Positions 1-14,500 of a stretch of DNA of 64,000 bases are shown here, one piece after another; position 1 is the stretch's first letter, and each line of letters starts with the position of its first letter. Made by a program: the position numbers and the translations under genes. Origin of the DNA: Cenococcum geophilum (taxonomy: Eukaryota); assembly GCA_050273025.1 (NCBI GenBank), contig CP158635.1, positions 3,782,001-3,846,000 of the forward strand, given 5' to 3'. The notes below the pieces were generated by a model. That model was not told the DNA's origin, did not search any database, and worked only from the letters and a program-made list of their open reading frames with translations.

Positions 1-3000
1 GTTATTATAATCGTCCTAAATACCAACAAATTATAGTAGTATTATTTGCTAGGTTCTAGTTAAAGGTCCTTTTACTCTATAAGAAAGGTAAGGTATAGTT
101 ATACGCACATCTCCTTTCTTATATGGCTGAGCTACCTAGTCGGTCGCATACTTTTCTACGTCTTTAGTAGTCTAGTTTTAGTTAGAGATCTTATAAACGA
201 ATCCATTGCCCTTAGTTAATCCTCGCGCCTTAAGATCCTCCCACTATAATTCTAAGTGGTAATACATGCCGGGTAGGATAATTGTGCAGTTATCCTTAGT
301 CTTATTATCTAGAGAAATGCTCCTTTAGATTATATCGGCACCGTATCTACTTTTAAGGAGCGAGGGAATATTAACGTTAATGTAATGGAAAGCTGTAGAG
401 TCTCCTTTAACCGCGAATTTTATATAATAAGGGTAGGAAATAAGTTGCCACTAGCTGTTAGGCCTAAGAGCGCAATAGAGACAATAATACTAAGGGTCTT
501 ATCTTATTAGCTGTTAGTAAAGACCGTAGACCATCGTTCTTAATTAGCTATAATTTAGCCGCCTATTAATTAGACGCTAATAGTGGCGGTATATATATAT
601 TTCCTTATTAATTATTACCGAGATACTAGAATCCCACTACTATCTAAATACGTTTAAAATTACAGATCCTTCTCGCTGCCATACTTCTTAGTCTTTTAGT
701 AATATTATCCAATTAAGCAAAGCCTCTCTGTTATATAAAAACCTTAGTGCTAAGTTATAAATAAACTTATACGGTCCTAAGAAATCGGATAAACTAGAGG
801 TTTATAAGCTTTTCTAAACTAAGAGTACGTAGTAGAATCGGTCTTTATAGTGCTAAGGTAGTTATAAGTGTAATATATTAAACAGAGTCTATAATATAGT
901 GCGGTATAGTTTAAACCCTTTATTACTAAACCTATACGTCCTCTTATAGCTTGCGTATATATCTAGTAGACCTTATATATCTCTAGATTAGAACTAGCTG
1001 CCTTATACTAACTACGCAAGAGCTTTATAACCTTAGTTAGTTTAATTTTAGTAATTCGGTTTAGGGACGCCTTAAGATAAGTAGGTACGTTATCCTTATA
1101 GTTATACCCTTATTTTGTATGGAGTACCGCTATAATATCTGCAGCCTCCTTAATATACTCCTTATTATCTCCCAGCTTAATAACGTTCTTATTAAATATT
1201 AATGCTACCCCTAGCCCTCCTACTTCCGGGTAAGTAATCGTTAGCCCTTTTCTTAAATTCCTCCTTAATAAAGATACTGGTAGCTATGGGGGCGAGCTAA
1301 TAGGCGTTTTAGCCGCGAGAATGCTCTCGTTTATGGATAATAATGGCGAGTTAACTAATATAGGTGATCCTTGTTGGGATGGGCTTAGTATAATACTAAC
1401 GCCTCCTCCTTAAATAGGTATTAATGGCTAAAAAGCTAAGGGATTTATTATATTAGAAGTATGTCGTAAATATATTCGTAGTATAAGAGCTAAGCTCTCT
1501 CCTGCTTATTAAATTCCGATATCAGTGACCTCTAGTCTTACAGTAGTTAGTCTCCTACTTCTTAGTAGTAGGTCCTCGTTTAAAATAAGGAAACCAGTTA
1601 AGTGTCTTTCTAAGCTATAATTATTTACTACCTAGTCTAATACCGCCCTTCTTGGTATTTTTAGCGCGAGCGCAAAATCGGTTGGCTGTAGTTAAGTAGT
1701 GTTCTTAATGCCGTGTTCTGGATATTTGAGCCTATTAGTTAGGGCCTTATTAACTCGTGCCGTTACTTTATAAAGTAGGTGGACGGTAAGCTTTCGGGCG
1801 GTAAAAAGAAAGTAGTAAGAGACCGCGTATTTAAGTGGACCGTTAAGAACACCTTATCTCTAGGACTTTCGGATAGTTTCTCTAGCTTTATTACACTAAT
1901 TTCTTTAATCTTTTACTATCTTACTAATATTAGAGATGTCCTTAAAGATTAATAAGAACGCGTCCCTTCCTAGAGATGCTTATATAGCCTATTATCCTAG
2001 TTAACGAAATTAACTACTACACTAGCAGTATCTGCGTAGTTTTCTTAAGAGAGCAGAATCTCGTTATAGATTTAGAAGAGCACTACCTAACGCTAATTAA
2101 CTACGAAGCCTCTAACTTCTATAAAAACGTTACTAATTTATTACTTAGCTCCTTTATATAGTACTAGAGATCTACTAGATAAAGATATAATAAACATACT
2201 ATTATTAATTCTGTTTAATTTATGACTTTAACTAATCACGGCTATATTTAAGGTTTATTAAGGGTAAAAAGGTAAAGTTTTAAATAGGGTTTCCTAATCT
2301 AAATGGTCTACTAAATCTAGGTAGCGGTATAGAGTTCTACCGGCTCTAATTATTAAATGGACCAATTATAATTTTCTATCCCTAGGATAGAAAATCGCTA
2401 TTAGCTTAGTAAAGGCGGTAAGCGGAACTAATATCTTTGCAGTAAATAATACTAGATGGTTATACATAAATATTCTTCTATCCTTACCTTACTGCCACTA
2501 CGCATTAGATTTCTGTAACTAAAAAAAGTAAATAAGAAAGTGTAATAGAAAGAGTTTTAGGAAATATAGTAAATAAACAGACGGATTATATAGCTGTTAT
2601 CTACATCCCCTTCCCCACCTTAGAACTTAACTGTCCCTTAGTTAAATATTTTATACTTAGTTCTATTAAATAATCTTTTTAAAACGCGTACTTCTTAAAC
2701 TACACGGCGTTGCAATACTAGTAGATTTTATATAATATCCTCCTTAGGTTCTGGCTCTGCTATTATTTCTTATAGCATAGTTTTGCCTAATTGGTTAAGC
2801 TAGTCTTCCTAGCGGACCTTAGATATCTATTATTAATAGAACTTCTTTAATCTATTCCCTAGAGTTTAATTATGGAACAGCGTGCCGTTAAGATCCTTAA
2901 TTAAGTACCATCCTTTATAAGGGTAACTCTTACGTACGCGGAACGGGCCTAGCCATTTTAGATCTAACTTACGACTACTAGAATAGTTTTACTTAAGCTG

Positions 3001-6000
3001 CGTGTTATAAAGCATAACTATATCTCTAACCTTAAATCCGTCCTGGCGAATATAGTAGGTGTTATTAAAGTACTCCTTATTTACTACCCTTAGTCGTCTT
3101 ATACGCGTAATAGCCTCTTTTATATCTGCGTCTTTTTAGTTAAACTGCTTTATATAAAGTGCTAATAGCTTTATAATAGTCCGGACTGTTTACTAAGGCA
3201 GTGTCTGCTAAGTAGGTATGTAAAGTTTAATAGGAAGGATATGCTTATATCCGTATATAACTCTTACCGGTATTATTCCCGTAGGCCGCTTAATAGTTAT
3301 TCTATCTACCTATAAAATAGTATAAAGATTATCTAGCTATAAGCCATCTATCTTTACTAAAGCGTCTATTATAGGTTTGTGGCCTCGCTCTATAAAGCCT
3401 TGCGCCTAAGCGTGGTAAGTAGAAGCTATAACCCTCTTAATATTATAGAGCTTTGCGAGCGCAGCGGTAATATTAGCATTCTCTCCTCTACTATCTATAG
3501 AGAGCTATCTAAATGCTCCCTATTAGTAGATAATATCTTTATAGAGGAACTTTGCTATACTTTTTATATCCTTATTTTAAAGGGCCTAAGCCTCTACCTA
3601 TCTAGATATATATTCTTAAGTAATAGCCAGGTACCGGAATCTAAGATAGCTTGGAGGTATAAATATAATGTCTACTGCTACTTATTACTATAAGGTGGAC
3701 TCCTATATAGGGTATATCGCTTCTTCTTCCTATTCTAGCTGTCGCTCCTAGTATTGCAAATACGACTTAATATACTACGATATCTAATCCTATAGCCCTA
3801 GCCACTAATATTAATTTAAGACCCTCTAATACGTTCTCTCTTATCTATAATATCCGCTTCGATTATAAAGGCTTTTAATAATCTCCTACTAAGCGTCCTT
3901 GTTATTAACTACCCTTCGTATTAGTATATTTTTCGACTACCGGTAGAAGAGCTGTCGATTATATACTAGGAACTTTAGCGTATATTATTTAAACTTTTTA
4001 AACTTCTTGGTATTTATCTCTTCCGGACGTTATAAGGTTACTAGCCACTTTATAATCTTCTAAGATTCCTCTAAATATAAGTCTTCTAATAGCAGACCCG
4101 CTTCTATTTTAAGAGGGGCAGCTATATATTTTAAGGCACTTAGTTTACAGTTAATAAACTCTTTAATATCCTTAGTCGGCTCATTAAGTCATTTACCATT
4201 AGGTAGTTATTACAAAAGTCTATTAACTAGGCTATTCTTTTTCCCTAGCATATATCTAACATTAAAGTCCTATAGCTAGATCTATGCTAGCTATCTTATT
4301 ATTAAGGCTCTGGGTAAATTAGTAGCGGTATAATTTAATTGTGTGACTAGGGTGTTTGCGTCCGTCTCTACTATAAAGTGAACGCCGTATAGGTATACGC
4401 GACACTTCTTTAACGTATATAATAATACCCGATATTTAAGCTTTCCTAAGTTATATTTCTGCTCCGCCTAAGACTAGATACCGCTTTTATATTAATATAG
4501 GTAACGATGACCTTATACATCCAGTTATATAAGGCCGCACCCCCATCTATTCTTATATCCATTAATAGCAAGAATAATTAGCCTAGCCCCTTTACTATAA
4601 TCTAGCTAAACTAATACGGGTATAGTAGTGACTGCATACTTTAAAGTCTTTATAGCGGCTATCTGCTCTATACCCTATATAAACAGAACATTTACTTATA
4701 GCAGTTAGAAGATTAGCTCTGCCTTAATTGCGAAGTCTTTTACCTATATTTGGTAATATATAACAACTCCTAAAAACGCTTAGGCCGACGTGACGTCTTT
4801 ATAGTCTTTTTAGTAAATAATATTTGCGACCTTTAACTCTTCTAGATATCGTCCTTTTTTATTACAGCAGTAGCCAACTACTATAATCTCGTCTTTGCAG
4901 AAATAAGACTTTACGCCTAAGATTGTATACCTAGCTCGTTCTAAATCTATAAGTACCCCGTCTAGCTATATAATATATTCTAAAATATATCTACGCATAC
5001 CTAAAAGGCTCTCCTCCCCATTATACACTGTCTATAGGCCTTTTACTGTAATGTTATCCAGAAATAGCAGGGTATAGTGTGGGATGTGTTGTTTTAAGAT
5101 CTTAGTAATCGTCCGCACGAACTAGGCTACGGAATTCGTGCCTTTTATAGGTACCGTTATTTGTTATAGAAGTCCTAAAGGTATTATAAAAGCCGTTAGG
5201 TTCTAGCTTTCTATATTTAGCTCTAATTAGTTATAGTTTAAGAAGAAGTCCACTAGAGATATAACCTTATACCCTATAAACTTCTTGGAAAATTCATCAG
5301 TATATAGCGGCAGATTTGCGTCCCTAATAGTTACTTGGTTGATATTTATCGCCGTATTAATTAGTTGGTACTTATTACGTTCCTTCTTACTTATAAAAAA
5401 CTATAGATTCCTATATAGGCTTTCGCAATATTCTAAAGTCCCTTAAGCTAGTTATTCTCGTAATATATTTATTACTTCTCCTTATAGGGCCCTAGGTACT
5501 GGAAAGTTTGGTACTTACTATACTTTATATAGCACGGTTTTAATCTTTAGTAGTGGAGTTATGTCTCTGCTAACGCGACTTATCTTAAAGAACTCCCATG
5601 CTAGAGCCTCTTCTTAGTTAAATAATATGGCCTTAAGGATCTCTTGTTCTCTTAGCTAAATATCTCCTATAATTATACGCTCTAATTATTCTAGCTTTAG
5701 TCGTGCACCGCGGGCTAGCTTGGTGTATTGCGGCTTAAGAAAATAATTATACGGTCTAAGAGGTAATCCTTAGATAGACGCCTTCTATTAATATAAGGCT
5801 ACCTCTCGCCATTCCACTATGCCTTTTATAACTGTTCTATCTGGTGCTAATGAATTAACTAGGTAGACCTTATCTGCCTTCTATTTATATGTAGTTGCTA
5901 CGTTTATAGCGCTTAGTTAAGCCTTACTCTGGTAGCTTTTTATTCGCATTATAAATAGATCTGTTATCTTTAACATTCGATATATAAGGGATTTAGCTTT

Positions 6001-9000
6001 TGCTTTAAATACTAGCTTCCAATTCTTCCTTAAGTATTTCTTTAGGATTTCCTTTAACGTTTTACTATCGAGCTTTCTCTATCCAATGTTATACTTCTTT
6101 TTCTGCTAATAGCTCTATCTAGTAGATATCCAAAACAGTATATATCCGTGTTAGAGCCGTACCTTATTTCCCTTCTCTTTATTTTTAATATCCTCTTTAT
6201 CCTAATGCGCTGGGTTATAAGTAACCCCAGATATAATTCTAGCAGTTATACTGGCTATATATTTCCTAAACTATTTTCTATACTAATACCTTTATTTAGT
6301 TTAAAGAATATCGCATCCTTATAGGATATTAAGAACCTCGTTTTAACTCTACTATCTTTTAATTAAATAATATAAGATACCTAACCTATTATAGTTCGTT
6401 TCGTTACTAGTCTAGCCCTTACTAACTATAGCTTACCAAGTATCACCTTATGTGACATTTCCCCTACAGCAATAAACGTCATAGATATTAAGACGTTACC
6501 TATTACTATAGGGACCGCATATACTAGCCTAATAAACTTAGATTAAGTTCTATTTATAAATATTAAACGCGCGCCTTATAACTATAAAGGCAGACTTAAT
6601 ATTAGCAGGCCGTGTCATAGGGCTATGCTTTCCTTAATTAGGTTAAGCTCAGCTCCAGAGTTAATTAGGCATTTAGCCCTTCCATCTCCTATCTGCGCTT
6701 TTACCTTTAGGTACCGCCTTTAAAACCGGATAAATCCTACTTCTTATTCGATCTGGTCTACTTTAGTAGTTATTAGGCCGGCTTAATTAGCATAGAATAT
6801 TAGGTATACTAATAATACAAATGCCTTAACGTCCTCCTACTTCTGTCGGTAAGGCTCTATAAAGGGTAGTAGAAGAGGCTTAAAGAATAGCCTTGTAACT
6901 TCAGGTATATATATAAGGCAGTTACTAATAGTAACTTCGATGGTTTTTAATAAGATCTTGTCCGCTATTATAGTTGGGCTTAGGACGTTTCCTTTTAGTA
7001 TGTCTATTATCCTAACTGGCTTTAGTCGTAATACTTTAACTATTATTATTACATCCGCTATTTGCTCTGTTTATCCTAGCTATTTAATATAATTTATTTT
7101 ATCACCCCTATTACTGCTTAATGGTGGTAAAGAAGCCTACTGCTGGGGCCGTGGTATAATTTAGATATGTCCTCCTGGTTATATATTTTAAACTATTGCC
7201 GGTTACGGACTAGATGGTTTTAGAGGCTATTTTATTACCCTTACTTCCCCTTACGGTCTCCTAAGATTATATACCCGCGGCATAGGCTATAACTAGGTTA
7301 CGGCCCCTACTAAATTAACGTATATTAACTCCACTTAGTATATATCTTCCTAGGACTTACCGAGTTCCTCTTCGCTTTTAGTGTTATTACCCTCTATAAG
7401 CTCTATAGAAGTTGCCTTTAGTTAAATACCTATCGCTAGCGTATTAGGATTAATATTCGCGTTTTGCCTTAGCTAGTCTTTAAGGAACTAGATCTAATTG
7501 TCGCTCGGTAAATACGGAATTATATTTCCTAGGCGCTTACATATTCTAGTGCATATTTAGTTATTTTTGTTTATATATAGGAAACTATAATAAACTAACT
7601 CTTTAAGCTCTGGACACTGATTAATAAAATAGTAGGCACCCCCGCATCTATAACACGTCTAATTTTATATCTAGTATGCGCTAAAGTTCCCTAGCCCTCT
7701 ATACCTTTCTAGGCCTAGCTTATATTATTCTTATAGCGCTCCCTTATAGGGCGGCTGCGGTTTATTATTACCTAGTGCTAGTTACGGGTCTATTTGTTCT
7801 TAACGCATTAACGCCCTATTTAGGAGCTATGTGTACCGTATTAAATCCTAGCGAATCCTATCTAGAAATGGCATTGAAGATATAATGCCTACTAATTTAA
7901 CCGTCCTAAGATTAAGCTTCCGGAGTTAATTAGTAAGTTTCTCTAGTTTAGGGTCTGTTTCCTAAGTTATTTAATAGGTATTTACCGACTTACTTGGCTA
8001 AGAGACTATAGGTAGTTAAAGAGCAGCATCTCTTTGGTTTATTATAGCTAGTTACTAATTATAGAATTGTCTAACTAGCTGACGAAGGCCTTATTTCTTA
8101 GGATTTATTATTAATAACTAATTGGCGCCTTTATGCGAATTAAGCCTGTCTTCTACAGCTCTCCTTAGCAGGTAAAAGTTAAAAGACTCTCGCCTATTAG
8201 GGTCGGCTCCTATTTTAGTCATTATATATCTTTAGTATTTAAATAGGAGTCCTTTTACAAACCAGTACCCTTATTCGCGGTTTTTTAAATTACTAGCCTT
8301 AGTAACCTTCTAGGAGATTAACGTGAACTACCTATAGTATTCGCGTATACTACTGGGTGGATTATTCCTGTACTATAGTATATAAGCTTCTAAGAATTCT
8401 ACTGTTTTAACTTATTAAAAATAGTTACTTCCTTAATAGTCTGTCCTAAGCTTTCCTATAAGTTCCATCTAGTTACTAATAGCAAACTTAGGCAGACTTT
8501 AGATCTATATCCCTATCCAATAGTTGCAATACTCCAGAAGTCCTTAATACTTTTTATTGTCCGTAATATAGTGCCGGATGCATAGCCGCTTATACTACTT
8601 AATAAATTACAACACGTTTTATCTCATAAAGTAAGGGGTCCTAGGGGTTCCCGGAGCCGGTATAGGCTAGGCTATAATATACACCTTATCTTATTCTATT
8701 AGTAGTCTAGTAAGAGGTAGCGGACCTATAGTTTCTCTAGGGATAGGTAGGTAGACCTCGTGACCCTTATCCTCTATTTATTAAGGGTTATTAGTCCCTA
8801 ACGTTATAGGAGTTAGGGTTAATATTATATGCCCTAGTTTAGGAGAGCTTCGCGGTTTAATAGGCTGCTTGCTTTCCTTTTTCTTTCTAGCACCCTTATC
8901 GTTATTATAGAATGGGCCTAATATTCCTAATAATCCCTTTACTGGTACTGTCGCCATTATTATAAATTTAAAGGTAGCTCTAATAAATGTGAGAATAATA

Positions 9001-9619
9001 GTATAGACTGTTGCAAATATAGTAAATAAAATATAAAAGATTTTTCTCTGCCGTTTTTAGTATGCCATAGTCCTTCCTTTTATCCTTTATCTTACTATAC
9101 TACGTACCCACCTCCTTATTGCTGCTTGCCGACCACCATTCCCGCATAGAGAACTCGGTAAGTGTTATTAGTTTATTCTTTATAGCGGTAACTGCATATA
9201 GGTCGCTAATATGCCCGTGCTTCTTTATCTTAGTCGTTCTATCGCAGTTCTAGATCGTTCCTATGCGTCTCCTGTGTATGGAGTACTAGACTTCTAATCT
9301 AAAGAGCTTGCTATTGTTTTTATGTAGAATGCCATAAAATATATAGGAGGGTACGACCTCTCTAAGATAGGAAAGTCACAGTGCTATTAGTTAGTCTGTC
9401 GGTCGGTCTGTTGGTTAGTTATAATTAGTTAGAATTAAGCAGTAAGAAGAGAAAGAAAAGAGTGTATTTAAGGAGAGTTGTGTATCTGTCGGTGTTGCCT
9501 AAGTTGTTAAAGACTCTGAGGGCTCCAGACTAATCTATATAACTTGTGGAAGGCCTAGGCTCTCCTAAAGCTATGCCTAATCTAGATATTAAATCTAGGG
9601 GCTAAATCACACCACCATA
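1..9619 (-). mobile_element. RIP-degraded Ty3/Gypsy LTR retrotransposon (element G4); 5' LTR, gag, pol and a long 3' extension running off the window start
   Basis: Minus-strand relics: zinc knuckle CYRCGGAYYFINQC (~7610-7656), protease CLINSGAELNLI (~6635-6672), RT LFLDNITV (~5045-5068), RNase H IILAING (~4555-4580) and integrase end DGTLFHN*TLGNRLKKF (~2840-2890). Stops are TAA/TAG, consistent with RIP. It interrupts gag of element G3 at 9619/9620. Confidence 0.85.
9210..9619 (-). repeat. Probable 5' LTR of element G4
   Basis: Starts TATGGTGGTGTG (RIP of TGTGG...) exactly where homology to the G3/G6 gag ends. Contains an AT-rich box followed by a CT-rich tract, and is followed by TTAGCGACC, a RIP-type variant of a TGGCGACC primer-binding site. 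No second copy is visible in the window. Confidence 0.6.
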
Positions 9620-10264
9620 ATAGCAAGTCTTTAATTGTTTAATAATGACTTATTATTAGATATAGGGGTATCTCTAGCTTTAAGCAGCTCTTATAGTTGT
9701 TTAATTTTGGCATTAGTAGCTATAAGCTCCGCCTAAGGGGTTAAAACGTTAATTATTTCTTTGTCTAAAGTATTTAAGGGTCCTATAGCTGCTTTACCTA
9801 CTACTATAGTTTGTGGTATAGTAGTAGGGGTATTAGGTAATTCTAGGTAATTTCTTTAGGGGTTCTAGTCTATATATATCTTGTAGGTCCTTTCCTTAGG
9901 GTTTTATTCTTTTCTTTTAGGTCCTATTCTTGTGGTCCTAGTAATGTCCTTAGGGTCCTATTCTATATTCTAGTAGATATATTTAAGTTCTTTCTTAGGA
10001 AGAAAGAGTAGAGTAAGCTTTAGATAATGTTAGCAACTTAGTTAATTAAGATATAAGCACGGTAAAAGGGTCGCGCAAGCCTATACGATTGGATTGTCTA
10101 TAAACGAGAATCTAAAGCTAGGGAAAGGAAAGGAGAAGAAGAGTAGCGCTGTTCGGTGTTTTATAAGATCTTCGCGTCACGTGATCGTAATATGCGGCAA
10201 TCTGTAGCAACTTGCCGGTGCGAGGTTTTGCTAAGTTCTGCCAAGTTCTGCTAGTGCTATAATA
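9620..10264 (-). mobile_element. 5' LTR (10028-10264) and start of gag of a Gypsy element (G3) of the same family as 23878-29858, interrupted by G4
   Basis: The reverse complement aligns by eye with 23878-24510 (LTR, ATCTAAAGCT primer site, gag start) up to GACTTGCTAT, where a different LTR begins. Confidence 0.9.
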
Positions 10265-11547
10265 ATTACCTAGGTAATAAATTATCTATAGCTTTTTATA
10301 GCCGGTCTAGGGAAAAGATGGGGTAGATCTTTATTAACTCTAATAGCTTAACCTTAAAAAAGTATTCTACCTTTTAAAGAATCTTATATAGGCTAGCTAT
10401 TTAATAGTCTAGCTTATAGCTTAGCCTCTAGGTTTTCTAGTTCTTTATTAATACCTATACCTTATCTCCTACTTAGAAGTCTACCTTATAACAATATTAA
10501 TTTATATTAAACTCTTTCTTCTTTTACGCCTTTTTTAATAATTGTTTAGGCGGTCTCCTAGGCTCTATATATTCTCTTAGCAAATGCCTAAGCCTCTTTA
10601 TAGCTAAGGCGTTTACAAGCTATAGTGGGTTTAGTAGGCCTATTCTAATTAAAGAACGTTTAGGGTGTATACCCATTAAGCAGTTTAAATAGTAATATCC
10701 CTATACTATTATAGGGGAGTATAAGCTGCGCGTAGTCTATTATAGGTAGTAATTCTAACTAGTTATTCTAATAGTAGTCTATAAAGGGGCGTAGTCGCTA
10801 GTTAAGATACTAGTTTATAATCTTAGTTTAGCCGTCCGTTTAAGGGTAGAATATAATAAAGAGTTTAATTTTAATCCTAAGGATACAGTAGAGTTTATTC
10901 TAGAAATCTAATATAAACTAGGACTATAGTTAGAAACAATTAATTTAGAAGCACTATAGAATTAATAGATATTATTAATATAGAGGCGGGCTATATCCTT
11001 TATAGTTATAGTTTTAAAATAAAAAAGGGAGATAAATTGCTTATATAGCCGGTCAATCACTATAAAGGCCGCATTATAGCCGTAGGCGTCCTTTAGAAAC
11101 GACTTAAAGTCCATTATAATATATTATTAAGGGCGTTTTAAAATAGGCAGTGGTTATAACCACCTAGGGGTTTAATCCCTAGGAGTATCTACGCGTTTAT
11201 AGGCGTGGCAGTTTCTAATAAATCATTCTATATTAGATAGAAGTCCTTACCAGTAGTAATAGGGCGCTAGTAGTTAGTGAGTCTTATCTTAACTAGGGTA
11301 TACTATAGAGACTTAATAGTAGGCTTCGCGGATTAGCTCTATTTGTAGGTTGTTAATATCTAGGACTATAAGCCGTTCTTAGTATAGAAGCAGTCCTTCT
11401 TTTATTTTTAAATTAGGGTTACCTTTTATAGCTTAGTTATGGAGGGCTTTTAGGGAGTTAGCTATGCGGTTTATAGTTAGGATATAGTTAACTAGCCCTA
11501 TTAGTTTATCTAAGACTTCTCCTTTTAAGGGTACTAACTTATTCCGT

Positions 11548-14500
11548 AACCAAAAAGAACCCTGAAAAATACCTAGAGAATCCCCCTAAGATGCATGCAT
11601 CGCAGGGGAGGCATATATTAACCGACGGTGGCTTGTACTCGCGCGTAACCGCCAGATCCACGCCTAATAACGGCCCTCTATAATAAAGATGGGCGAATAC
11701 TATACTATAAAGCGGAAACACCTTTATTAAGAAGGCATCTAATAAAATATAAAGCCTATTGGATACGTCTAGTATCCAGAATTACAGGGGAGTAACTATT
11801 AGCCATAACGAACTAATACAGCTAGTAGAATGGCTCCGCTAGTCTAGCGAACCTTAGGCGCCCCTCTAGTAAACCCTTAATTAAATCCTCTAACGGCTAA
11901 GTAAAATTAAAAATAAATAAAAACCCCCTTTACCGGCGAACCGCACCTGGGCCGCCGTAGCCGCGCTTCTACACTATAGGGAACCCACCCCCCTTAAGAT
12001 AATAACCGGGTATATAATTATAATATAACCAAATATAGAAAAAGCAGAGGGGCTTAGGGGATAATTAGAAATAGAAGTCCTTACGGAGATTTGTAAAGAG
12101 GTTTATAACGTAGTTATAGTCTAATACCTTAGGAGCGGAGATATTAGAGTTATCCTAAAGGACCAATAGGTAAAGGAATAAGCCGTAAGGGTAAGGGATA
12201 GGCTAGGAGAACGTATTGGCATAAAAGTACTCTATAAAGACTACCTAGTTAAAGTCCTAGTGGTTCCTATAAGCCTTAGGGTAGAAAAGGGACGCTAGGC
12301 GGACAACACAGCAACTATATAGGAGATAGTAAAATATACAGAACGCCTTATACTAGGCCTTGAGATTACCTAAATCTAATGGCTTTAATAGGAAAATGTA
12401 AACTAAGCAAATAATGAGAATAATAAGAGGATATAAGGGTCGCTAGAGACTTGCTAGGGAGACGCCAGTTAAATGCATAGCTCCCTTATTATTAGTATAT
12501 ATACACTAGGAATGCAAAAACTCCTTATCTAAAAAGGAATAATTATAAATGGCCTTATATATAACGTAAGGCTCTATAAGTATAGACTACGCCTAGAATG
12601 ATGCTACTGCTACGCATAATAGGGATATACCTAATCTATATGCGCAGCATAGGTATGCTGCGGCTACTGTGCAGGCCCCTATAATATAAGACACTGCTTA
12701 AATTAAGACTAAACAAAATATATAAACTGCTACCGAAGTATATATAAGGCGTAGGAGAGAGAAGACTGTATTAAATACAGGAGGTAGAAGGTAAGGGCTT
12801 AATAGCTACGGGAACAACTATACGCTAGGTTATATAAATGGAAACAATAGGCGATAAGCTAAGGGGACGCAGGTGCCTTTCTAGCGTTTCCTACCTTTAG
12901 TACTAGGGGGCTAGGCTAGCCATCCTAAGCCTTAATAGGCCAGAAGCGGCGCCGCGTAATATTACTAGACTGTATAGGGATATAAGGGTTACAGGGGACA
13001 TAAGGGAGAGGACGCCCTGTAGAAAGACCCCCATAGACAGCTACAGTAAGCTTAAAACTAGGATAATTAAGAATTAGATTTAATGCGGCAAATATAATAT
13101 TTATAGCCGACCTATAAAGGGTATATAGCTAGCTAGTAAGAATAGGGGAGGAACTAGAGATAATAACAGATTTAGATATAAAAGCGCTAGTAGGAATATA
13201 AGATACGGGAATAGAAAGCTCTATATAAAATGAGTAGTAACTAGGGTATAGACATAAGAGATAGAAGTTCTAAATATCCTAGAGAAAGTAGAAATAGAAG
13301 AAGCAAGGAATAAAGGAGAGGTAAAGGACCCTCACTGGGGGTCCGCTACCTATCCATTATATAGTATAACTGCGGTAACACAAACCACCGTCTTATAAGG
13401 CCTTTACTAGATGGTCTAGACCTAGAGAAATACTATATCCTTACTATATAAGAGCCGTACTACAATACCTATATATAATTAATATACTGCCCCTAAGGAT
13501 TTCAGCTCCTATATAAACTAAAAGCAGCTATACGCGTGTGCTTTATAATTAGCAAGGCTATTAGCCTATCCTTATAGTTATAGCAGGTAGTTAACCTAGA
13601 TATTATAGTTATAATAATCTAGATATATAGGGGACCGGTATAAATTATTAATATATATAACCCTAGGGTTAAAGGGGTCCTATAAACAGAGAATATTATA
13701 TTAGTAATAAGCTTGCTAAAAACTAAAGGTATAGAGTTTATCCTACTAGGAGATATAAACCTCTACCACCTGCGGTAGGGGGGTATCTATATTACTGCTA
13801 ATTAATAGGTAGAGTGCCTATTAAGAGCTATAGATACCTGGGGCCTTAAGTTAGCCACCCCTTTAGGAGCAACTATATGGTAATAAGAAACCTCTAGAAG
13901 TATAATTGACCTTATATTTATAGACAAAGGCCTATACTAGAGACTTAAAAGGTATAACCCTAAAGAAGAATAGGCACTCGCCTTAGACTATATCCCTATC
14001 TAAATACAGCTAGATTTAGATATTAAGGCGTAATTAAGTAGCAAAAGATATGCAATAAGGAAGCTTAAGATAAATAGTTTCCTTAATATAGTTAAATAAC
14101 AACTCTAAGACCTAGAAGAAATCTACCTAATTCTAAATAAGTAAGGCTTATTAGCCACCCCTAAGGAAATTAACTAAAGACTAAAAAGGATCTAGGTAGC
14201 GATTAAAAATAGGCTAAAAGAGCACTGCCCGGTCTTAAAACTGGGCCCCTATACATAATACGCATAGTCTGTATAATACGCGGTTCTTATTACCAGCTAA
14301 TAATAAGTAAGAAGGAAATATATAAGTAGCTACAACCCTAAAGATAAGAGACGATATAAAGATATAAGAAACCAGTTAAAGAATACCCTAAAGAAAGAAG
14401 TAAGGAATAACTGGAGACGGTTTATAAATAAGCATACTTCTAACTTAAGCCTCCCCTATAATAAGGGCCTTTAGGCTATAGTAAAATAGGTAAAAAAAAA

